Source of the DNA: an uncultured candidate division Zixibacteria bacterium
GTDB taxonomy: Bacteria > Zixibacteria > MSB-5A5 > GN15 > PGXB01
Direction of reading: 5' to 3'
Length of the DNA: 64,000 nt
NCBI GenBank assembly: GCA_963702205.1
Contig: OY969724.1
Location: forward strand, 2,176,001 to 2,240,000
In this document: piece by piece, positions 30,021 through 38,900 of the stretch
How positions within the stretch are numbered: position 1 is the stretch's first letter
Layout: every line of letters begins with the position of its first letter
Notes under the pieces: generated by a model
The model's database searches: none
What the model was told of the DNA's origin: nothing
The model's input: the letters and a program-made list of their open reading frames with translations, nothing else
Translations under genes and position numbers: made by a program

Positions 30021-31217
30021 TCATTGCGGCCTGGTTATCGAACCCATGAATAAAATCGTTCCCGTATCATTGTCCTGAATAACAAAAAAGTAAGGGTGGT
30101 CCGCCGTGAATGTGAATGTCTCTTCGGGTGCAAGGCTGGTCGCTTTCAACATTATAACAGCCGTAGAGGCGGCCGCTTCGGTGCCTTCTTCGTTGATACT
30201 CACGAAAGCTTTGTGCAGCACGTCGCCGATGTACAGCCCTGATTGCCCCGGCTGAAGCATTTTGCTGAAATTGGCTCGGGGTTCGAAAGCAATTTGCATC
30301 CCCATGCTCTTGAGTATGTCATTTAAATTCAGCTCGTAATCGAGTTTTATTTTCGGGATTGTCACGGTTCCTTTTGCCTGTGATAACTGCCTTCTCCAGT
30401 CATTAATTCTTTGGGTAGTCAGGCTTTTCAGGAATTCCTCGTACGGTTCGCTTTCGTCCGGAAGTACGATTAACATACTCAGATCATCGCCCGAATATGG
30501 CAGCTCGACAATTTGCACGCCGTCCGATTCAGCGTACATAAACTTCTCGGTTTGGGTCATCATGGGAGTCAGGGAAGTATCTCCGTTCAAAAGATGGAAG
30601 GTGCGAATCATCGACTGTCTATTGGGGAATTCGTATTTCCACTGGCCCTTAAAATAAATGGCGTTGAGAAGTACCATGACGGCGTCGGGGCTGAGCCTGT
30701 CGATCATGCGTTTTATGCGGGCGTTGGTTCTGTCACTGACCCACTGATTTATGCGGTTGACGGCTTCCTGATCGAAGGGGAGATTAACGATTTCGGAGTT
30801 GTAGTATGATGCAACCGTGTCCGTGAAGTTTTCATTTACCGGGAAGGAATTTTCGACCCAAATGGAGTTGGCGATATTAAGTCGGCTGTTCGATTCGTTC
30901 GATTCCAGACGTTCAAGAAGGTCATGATTGGCTCGGTTGATGTCGGATAGTTGAAAGCCATCCATTTGGAGAACACGAGCCATGGCATCACGGGTTTCAC
31001 TATCGGCCCCATTGCAGGTCATGGTCAGCGCCAGATCTATCGACAGAGGTGAGAAAAATATGTTGTCCTGATAGCTTTGGTCGACAATGTGTGATAGCAA
31101 ATTAAAGGCGAAGCGATTGCCGGCCTGCGTGATCTCTTGTGCACCGGTATTAATTGACAAGAGTGCAAATACGATAAACGCGGTAGTTAAGGTTTTGTGT
31201 TTCTTAAGGCGGTTCAT
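30021..31217 (-). CDS. Secreted serpin (serine protease inhibitor)
   Basis: NIFFSPLSI, NAIYFKGQW, hinge EEGTEAAAST, FTADHPYFF, ILFMG; signal peptide after MNRLKK with GGAGG SD. Confidence 0.95.
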   Translation of the reverse strand: MNRLKKHKTLTTAFIVFALLSINTGAQEITQAGNRFAFNLLSHIVDQSYQDNIFFSPLSIDLALTMTCNGADSETRDAMARVLQMDGFQLSDINRANHDLLERLESNESNSRLNIANSIWVENSFPVNENFTDTVASYYNSEIVNLPFDQEAVNRINQWVSDRTNARIKRMIDRLSPDAVMVLLNAIYFKGQWKYEFPNRQSMIRTFHLLNGDTSLTPMMTQTEKFMYAESDGVQIVELPYSGDDLSMLIVLPDESEPYEEFLKSLTTQRINDWRRQLSQAKGTVTIPKIKLDYELNLNDILKSMGMQIAFEPRANFSKMLQPGQSGLYIGDVLHKAFVSINEEGTEAAASTAVIMLKATSLAPEETFTFTADHPYFFVIQDNDTGTILFMGSITRPQ

Positions 31218-31283
31218 TCGACCTCCCTGTAATATTTTCAACCTATTTACAATGTATACAGGTTCTTCTGATATTTCTTCCAT

Positions 31284-31310
31284 AAAAAAAGCGGCCTGAC
31301 GGCCGCTTTT
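31284..31310 (-). terminator. Intrinsic terminator after DUF3078 gene
   Basis: AAAAGCGGCC-loop-GGCCGCTTTT with T7 tail on minus strand. Confidence 0.75.
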
Positions 31311-31325
31311 GCGAAACCTGTTATA

Positions 31326-32216
31326 TTAAAATAACTTGTATGTAACGCCCAGCGCCAGGGTTTCTTTGAGACGGCCTCTTTTGCTGATTTGTTTATCATA
31401 CAAAAGCTGCGTGTAAAATGTTACCTGAACGTATTTTGTAACCTGGGCGGCAATGCTGTTCTCCCAGTTAATGTCGACCGCCTTCCAGTAGTTTTCAGCT
31501 TCGGTCCCTTTGAATTCATCTTTCTTGGAATAATAGAAGGCCTTGTATGCTGTCAACTTACCCGTATATCCAAGATTGTCAGCCAATACCAGCTTGACAT
31601 CAGTGTTCCATTCCAGACCGCCATCGGTAGAAGATACCGTCCTTGTCGCCCCGGGGTTGGAGGTGTCATCAACGTTGCGATCGATACTTTGCCTGATAGC
31701 CAAACCGAAACGGGTTAATATATCATTTTTTTCTTTTTTAAATAGCTGCCTGGCGATACCGGCCGATTCCGTAAGCAGCATGGGATTGATATATTTCTTG
31801 CGGGTGTCGACCGAGGCATCGAGGAACTGGCTTTCAAGCCGAAAAGCCGCAAAGGGATCGACCCAGGTCTTGAAATCGAATAACCCCACCGATTCAATGT
31901 CAATCTTATCACTTGTTTTTTCGGGTTTTGACCAATGTTTCGTGTCATTGTTTTGACTGACCGTCTGTCCGAAAGACAACTTGACGGTATTTTTCAGCGT
32001 AAAGACCTCCGTGAACTTGCCGGTAAACAGGCCGTTGGCGTTGCTGACCCAGGTCATCTGACCTTCCTCGCCGCCGGTCCAGCTGTCGGAATAGGCCGCC
32101 TGCGTGACGTTCAAGCCGAGGTCGAACGATTTTTCCCATGTTACGGCCCCGACCGATCCGACCAAATACAACGAGAAAACAAAAATCGTAGACGAAATGA
32201 TCTTTGTCCGTTTCAT
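31326..32216 (-). CDS. DUF3078 outer-membrane beta-barrel protein
   Basis: Signal peptide; TQAAYSDSWTGGE, KTSDKI, QLLYD, ETLALGVTYKLF terminal Phe. Confidence 0.8.
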   Translation of the reverse strand: MKRTKIISSTIFVFSLYLVGSVGAVTWEKSFDLGLNVTQAAYSDSWTGGEEGQMTWVSNANGLFTGKFTEVFTLKNTVKLSFGQTVSQNNDTKHWSKPEKTSDKIDIESVGLFDFKTWVDPFAAFRLESQFLDASVDTRKKYINPMLLTESAGIARQLFKKEKNDILTRFGLAIRQSIDRNVDDTSNPGATRTVSSTDGGLEWNTDVKLVLADNLGYTGKLTAYKAFYYSKKDEFKGTEAENYWKAVDINWENSIAAQVTKYVQVTFYTQLLYDKQISKRGRLKETLALGVTYKLF

Positions 32217-32364
32217 GTAAATATCCTCCATTTTTTAATCAAAAAGCACATCGAGAAAAAGAATATCAACAATAAACTAATCCATCGGAGGCCATAAGTA
32301 TGTTGTGCGGCATGTGGGATGGAAAGATATTGACTTTTAACGATAACCCGGCTAATCTGCCTTT

Positions 32365-34452
32365 ATGCCGGAGTTAAATCTTGATTCCAGTCTGCAATAT
32401 CTTAAGGGTGTCGGACCGCGTCGTGCGGAAATCCTGTCCAGGGTTGGGCTGAACAGCGTCCGGGACCTGCTTTACTATATTCCGAGGGCGTATCTGGACC
32501 GCAGTAATATAATCGATATCGGAGAAATAAAGGCCAATACCGATGTTACTCTGATTGGGCGCGTCTATACGACTGGCATATTGAAGGGCCGCCGCCAGCG
32601 GTTCGAAGTAGTGATTGGCGATGATACGGGATATATCGCGCTCATCTGGTTTTCCGGTTTTCAGTACCTCCAGAAGATGATTAAAAAAGGCGACATTTTC
32701 GCGGTCACCGGACGGGTGACATATTTCATGCAGCATCAGATAGTGCACCCCGAAATGGAACGAATCGAGGATGAAGACAGCCGATTGATTCATACGGGCC
32801 GTATCGTTCCGGTATATCCGTCGACGGGTGAATTGAAAAAGGGGGGCGTGACCGGCCGGATGATGCGTCAACTGATATCGGCCGTGCTCTCGACGGTCGG
32901 GACGAAAATCGATGATTATCTTCCTTCGGAATGGGCGTCTCGATATTCTTTTCCGGAACTGCCCGAAGCTCTTCGACAAATACATTATCCCGATTCAATG
33001 GATACACGCGACCGGGCCCGACAGCGTCTGGCGTTTGATGAATTGCTGGAATTGCAATATATAATATTAGGCGCAAGAAAATCCTTCAAAGAGATAGAAA
33101 AAAAACATCAGTACATTAAGAAGCATACAAAGCCCGGCCAATTGGTTAAGCGGCTTCCGTTCCGGCTTACCGACGATCAGAAAAAAACTCTTGAGGATAT
33201 TTTCGCCGATTTGCGCTCGTCGAAACCGATGCATCGGCTGGTGCACGGTGACGTCGGCTGCGGCAAGACGGTGGTGGCGATATTGTCCGCCGTATTTTGC
33301 ATGGAAAGCGGGTTGCAGTGCGCCTTCATGGCTCCCACGGAGCTTCTGGCCGAGCAGCATTTTCAGAAATGGCAGGAACCGCTGGAGAAAGTCGGGATTA
33401 CATGCGCCCTGGTGACCGGGTCGGTCCCGAAAAGGGAGCGAAATGCTCTCGACAAAAAGATAGCCGCCGGGGAAATCGATCTGGTTTTTGGAACGCACGC
33501 AATTATATCCGCGCCGCTCGAATTCAAGAATCTCGGACTGGTCATAATCGACGAGCAGCATCGCTTCGGTGTAATGCAGAGAGGGCGGCTGGTGGGCAAG
33601 GGGAGCGATCCCGACGTGCTGGTCATGAGCGCCACGCCGATACCGCGCACGCTGGCGTTGACTCTGTACGGCGACCTCGATATCAGTTCCATCAAATCAT
33701 TGCCGCCGGGGCGACAGCCGACCAGGACGGTCTGGCGCAGCGCCGATTCGCGGGGGGATATGTACAAATTTCTGAAAGGCCGCGTGAAAGAGGGCGAGCA
33801 GGTTTTTATAATCTACCCGCTGGTCGAAAAATCCGAAAAGCTCGATTTACAGGCCGCCGAAGAAGAGTACAAAAGCCTGAAAGAAAAAGTGTTCAAAGAA
33901 TTCCGGGTCGGGATAGTCCACGGTCGCACCAAAAGGGACCAGCGCGAAAAAGTAATTCGGGACTTTAGAAATCGTAAGGTCGACATACTGGTGGCGACGA
34001 CTGTTATCGAAGTCGGTCTGGATATTCCCTCGGCGACGATTATGATAATCGAGCACGCCGAACGGTTCGGCCTGTCGCAGCTGCATCAGCTGCGCGGAAG
34101 GGTAGGACGCGGCGTAACGCCCGGGCTGGTGGTCGCGGTGGCGGTGCCACCGTTGAGTCAGATAGCACGGAAACGACTCGAATTGTTTGCATCGTGCAGC
34201 GACGGATTCAAAATAGCCGAAGCGGATCTTGAACTGCGCGGACCCGGGGAATTTTTCGGAACCCGCCAGCATGGACTGCCGGAACTTAAAATTGCCAATC
34301 TGGCGATTGATGCCGACATGCTTCCGACCGCCCGGGAGATATTGACCGATCTTTTTGACGCCAATAAACCGCTTGACAAAGACCACCGGCGTATCTTAAG
34401 CTATTTAAAACGGCGCGCGGCCGACAGACGCAGCTGGGGACGGTTCGGATAG
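32365..34452 (+). CDS. recG: ATP-dependent DNA helicase RecG
   Basis: LKGVGP, GDVGCGKT, DEQHRFG, SATPIPR, QLRGRVGR, DLELRGPGE. Confidence 0.97.
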   Translation: MPELNLDSSLQYLKGVGPRRAEILSRVGLNSVRDLLYYIPRAYLDRSNIIDIGEIKANTDVTLIGRVYTTGILKGRRQRFEVVIGDDTGYIALIWFSGFQYLQKMIKKGDIFAVTGRVTYFMQHQIVHPEMERIEDEDSRLIHTGRIVPVYPSTGELKKGGVTGRMMRQLISAVLSTVGTKIDDYLPSEWASRYSFPELPEALRQIHYPDSMDTRDRARQRLAFDELLELQYIILGARKSFKEIEKKHQYIKKHTKPGQLVKRLPFRLTDDQKKTLEDIFADLRSSKPMHRLVHGDVGCGKTVVAILSAVFCMESGLQCAFMAPTELLAEQHFQKWQEPLEKVGITCALVTGSVPKRERNALDKKIAAGEIDLVFGTHAIISAPLEFKNLGLVIIDEQHRFGVMQRGRLVGKGSDPDVLVMSATPIPRTLALTLYGDLDISSIKSLPPGRQPTRTVWRSADSRGDMYKFLKGRVKEGEQVFIIYPLVEKSEKLDLQAAEEEYKSLKEKVFKEFRVGIVHGRTKRDQREKVIRDFRNRKVDILVATTVIEVGLDIPSATIMIIEHAERFGLSQLHQLRGRVGRGVTPGLVVAVAVPPLSQIARKRLELFASCSDGFKIAEADLELRGPGEFFGTRQHGLPELKIANLAIDADMLPTAREILTDLFDANKPLDKDHRRILSYLKRRAADRRSWGRFG

Positions 34453-34494
34453 GCTGCAGTATAAGGAATATAAGTGTAAATTCGGAGTAAACCG

Positions 34495-34863
34495 ATGACC
34501 GATGAATTAGGCAAAAACATAGATATCCATTTTTTCACACTGGTGACCTCCCTGCAGGCGGCCGCCTGGCAGCAGTTGGGCAAGATCGCTTCGCCAATAA
34601 CCGGCCAGGTCGAGCGAAACCTCCCTCAGGCGCAACTCACCATAGATATGCTCAATATGATTGCCGAGAAATCAAAAGGCAATCTGACCGATGAAGAAAC
34701 CCGTATGGTTTCCGGGATTTTATATGAACTGCGTATGAATTATGTCGATGAATCAAATAAGCCCGATTCCGACGCGCAGGGAGAAAACAAGGAACCCGGG
34801 GCCGGGAATTCCGGTACGGTAAACGAATCGGAAAATGACAAAACCGAGAGCCCGGGAAATTAG
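34495..34863 (+). CDS. DUF1844 family protein
   Basis: LGKIASP, AQLTIDML, KSKGNL..EE, LRMNYV. Confidence 0.85.
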   Translation: MTDELGKNIDIHFFTLVTSLQAAAWQQLGKIASPITGQVERNLPQAQLTIDMLNMIAEKSKGNLTDEETRMVSGILYELRMNYVDESNKPDSDAQGENKEPGAGNSGTVNESENDKTESPGN

Positions 34864-34960
34864 TTTATAGAGACCTCGAATTTCTGTCTTACAGCCTCAT
34901 AAATTGGCTTTATTATTGCATTTTCTGTGATGAACAGTATATTTTATAGCTAGGGTAGAC

Positions 34961-35899
34961 ATGGAAAAATTACTGGTGACCGACAAAATTCAAATGGAAT
35001 TCGAAAAACGTTTCGGTGATAGTGTAAAGATAAATCATCCTCTGGATTTATATTGCACGTTTGGAACCGGGGGAAACGCGAAAATATTCGCCGAGGTTCA
35101 TTCCGCCGACGATATAGTTGCGCTGATTAAAGCCGCAGCGGAGACAAATATCAATGTCTTTATGGTCGGAGGCGGTTCCAACCTGTTGATTTCGGATTCG
35201 GGATACGACGGCTTGATTTTAAAGAATTCGATCATGGGTTTGGAAAAACTGGATGAAAGCATTGTAAGCGGGGCCGGAGAGGAACTTCAGTCATTGATTG
35301 ATTTTGCCGCCGCCGGCGCTCTTTCCGGTCTGGAATTTGCTACAGGTATATATGGGACAGTGGGTGGAGCTATATTTGGAAATGCCGGAGCCTACGGTTC
35401 AGAGACCGGGAGCGTTCTGGAATGGGCGGAACTTGTTGATAGACAGGGTAATATACGAACGGAAGAAGCGACCTACTTCGAATTCGCCTATCGCTGGTCA
35501 AAGCTAAAGACCACGGGAGAATTCATTACAAAGGCAAAATTTGCACTGAAATCGGGCAATGAAGAGGCAATTCGAAGCAAAATGATTGAAGTTATGTCTC
35601 AACGCGAGTGTAAATTACCGATGAAGAAGAAAACCGCCGGTTGTTTTTTCAAAAATATTCCCGACCCAAGCCAGCCGTTTGGGAAACTTCCGGCCGGGCA
35701 GCTGCTCGATGAAGTCGGAGCCAAGTCCATCTATGTGGGGGGCGCCAGGGTATTTGAAAAGCATGCCAATATTATTATAAATGACGGAACCGCCAATTCG
35801 AATGACATCAGACTCCTGGCCGACCGCCTTAAAAAGCTGGTGCGGGCCAAATTCGGAGTCGAGCTTAAAGAAGAAATCACTCGGCTGGGTAAATTTTGA
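34961..35899 (+). CDS. murB: UDP-N-acetylenolpyruvoylglucosamine reductase
   Basis: GGGSNLL, GTVGGAIFGNAGAYG, AGCFFKN, KHAN. Confidence 0.95.
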   Translation: MEKLLVTDKIQMEFEKRFGDSVKINHPLDLYCTFGTGGNAKIFAEVHSADDIVALIKAAAETNINVFMVGGGSNLLISDSGYDGLILKNSIMGLEKLDESIVSGAGEELQSLIDFAAAGALSGLEFATGIYGTVGGAIFGNAGAYGSETGSVLEWAELVDRQGNIRTEEATYFEFAYRWSKLKTTGEFITKAKFALKSGNEEAIRSKMIEVMSQRECKLPMKKKTAGCFFKNIPDPSQPFGKLPAGQLLDEVGAKSIYVGGARVFEKHANIIINDGTANSNDIRLLADRLKKLVRAKFGVELKEEITRLGKF

Positions 35900-35966
35900 A
35901 AGGAGAGGTTATCGAAAGATTTTTCTAAAGATTTAAAATAAACCGAACCAAATTTTCGGTACAGAG

Positions 35967-38900
35967 CTGAACAGGAAACTCATATATTTATTCGCAACCG
36001 CTGTTCTTCTTTTAACGGCCGGTTCCATAAAGGCTGGATGCGGAGTCCAGGCCAAACTCGAAAATCCGCCGGGTTATATTTCCCCTTATCCTTCCGAGGG
36101 TATCGACCCGGTTGTTTCAATGGACATAGTAAATCCCCCGCAACTTCGGATGATTTATCATACTCGTCCGGATGTGATCGATTCGGATTATGAAACGGGT
36201 ACGATCGTTCTTAATTCCAGTTATTACAAGCACGGTCCTTTCGAATATGATTATACCCCTCGAGCCGTCGACGCCCGGTCTTTCGCCGATTATCGGGTAA
36301 GGGTCGGTATTGAACGCCGCCGTAACGATTTTAAGACGCAAACGCTTCAGAAAAGCCAGCGGGACAGGGGCGGCGGTCTTGTGAATCTTCGTATACCCAT
36401 AAAATCCAGAACCGTGGAATCTCTTTTCGGTGAAGGCGGCGCCGGAATCAAGGTTTCGGGATATCACCGGATAAATTTCTCGGGTCGTTCCACGTGGACC
36501 GACCAGGCCAGCACGTCGACCTACAAGCAGAGCAAATTTCCGTCCCTGAACATGGAGCAGGAATCGCGCTTCGATATCAACGGTACTATCGGAACCAAGA
36601 TTTCGGTTTCGGTCTCGCAGGATTCCAAGACCGATATTCCGCTCGCCAATCGCATTATGCTGCGCTACAAAGGCGATGAAGACGACATTATCAAAACCAT
36701 CGAAGCCGGGAATACGACGCTTTCTTTGCCGAATACGCAGTTTGTCGGTTATTCGTCGCGCATACAGGGCTTGTTCGGAATAAAGACAACCGCTCAAATC
36801 GGAGCCCTGGAACTGACTGCCATTGCCAGTCAGGAAAAAGGGACAACGGAACGCACTTCGATCTCGGCCGGCGCCAGCGCCAGCAAAAGCTATATTCGGG
36901 ATTATAATTACGTACAAGGGCGCATTTACGATCTGGGCCGACTGCCCAACTTGCGCGGCATTACATACGATAAGTATGATTTTAATCCCGGAGATTCCAT
37001 CGTTTATATCGAAATCTATAGAGCGGTGAAGACTAATGTTTCACCGCCTGAAGCGGGGTCCGCGCTGGCGAATTTTTATGTCGACCCCATAAACGATGAC
37101 ACCGTCTATAGTCAAACCAACGTGGTCCCGATAGATTGTGATTATTATGTGCAGGCCCGCGAGCACTGGGTTTTGTTCGACCAGGCCTACGCTGGATCGC
37201 AGGCGGAGATCGGTGTATACATGATTGTCAAAAAGGTAAACGGGGGTATCGATACTATCGGCAGCATTGGCGACACGCTCAAACTTAAAATGATCCGTTC
37301 CAAATCTCCTATTTCAACCAGCCCTACCTGGGATTATATGTGGCGAAACGTGTACTATTTAATGCAGAATAATATCGATCTGGACGGACTCGAAATCAAC
37401 GTTTACAAAGGCGGAGCCAATACGGAACAAACCGGAGATAACGTGGATCACCAAAATGGCGTTAGGTATATCAATATTCTCGGTCTGGATCGTCTGGATC
37501 AAAGCGGGAATTTAAAGCCGGATGGTCTCGTTGACGTGAAAACTAATCTGATCGACGCCACCAGGGGATTCCTGATTTTTCCCGATAGAAAACCATTTGA
37601 CCTGGATACAAGCTGGACCGGGATTCCAAATGATACTTTGGAAGTAAAGGTTCCGCAGATTTACAGCAGTGGGACAGGGTCGAACGGACCAGTTGAGAAC
37701 AGTACGTATTATATCGAAGTCTCCAATAAAAGCCGTGCTTCAGAGGTTCGTTTGGGCAAGGCCAATATTATCGAGGGATCGGAACGCATAACTCTGAATG
37801 GCGCCGAACTTCAAAGGGGCACCGATTACAATATCAACTATGATTTCGGGCAGGTCACGTTTCTTTCGGCCGATGCCCTCGATCCCAATGCCAACCTGAA
37901 CATAGATTTCGAATATGCACCTTTCATCGCGGCTCAGAAAAAGACTCTGTTCGGTGTCCGTGGCGAATATGCCTTCAGTAACGACCTGCACGTCGGGTCG
38001 ACATTTTTATACAAGTCTGATAAAGCAACCGCGCGAAAGCCAAAAATCGGGCAGGAGACGGCCAAGACGATTGTCTGGGATGCGGATGTCAGCTTCAAGA
38101 CGAAAACGAACTTGTTCACCACGCTTGCCAATGCTCTGCCTTTCCATAAAACCGATGTGGAGTCAAACCTTGCGTTTTCGGCCGAATTCGCACAGTCCAT
38201 TCCCAATCCCAACGTCGATGGCGTGGCTTATGTCGATGATTTCGAGGGTGCCCGGGATGCATACTCCCTGAGCGTATTCCGAGAGTCGTGGTCTTACAGT
38301 TCAAGACCCCAGCCTTTGACGGATATACACAGGCGGGCCCGCCTGGCATGGTACAACCCATACGATCAAGTATTGACGACTGACATCTGGAATCGTGACG
38401 AACCCACCAGCGGGAGCCGAACCAATGTGCTTTCCCTGGAGTATTATCCGGAGATAAAAGATCTTCGCATCAGCGACGTCAATGAAGATACGGCCAGCCA
38501 TGTGCCTGAGAATCCTGATCTTTCGTGGGCGGGAATAATACGGACTCTCACAGGCGGAGCCACCAATCAGGAAGAAGCACAATTGCTTGAAATTCGTCTC
38601 AAGGGCGCAAAAGGCATCATACATATAGACATGGGCGAAATCTCTGAAGACGTTGACGGCAATGGTGCTCTTACCACCGAAGACAAGAAAGGCGCCAATG
38701 ATATTTATAACGGTATTCTGGATCCCGGTGAAGATGTTGGTCTGGATTTAATTCCGGACGCGGATGAACCCGGATATGATTCAGATACGCTTCCCGATCC
38801 CCATGGCGACGACTGGTATTATAACGGGGTTGGCGATGGTTGTAACGGGTGCGGTAAAGACGATTACTCGCATATTAATGGAACCGAAGGAAACTACCTT

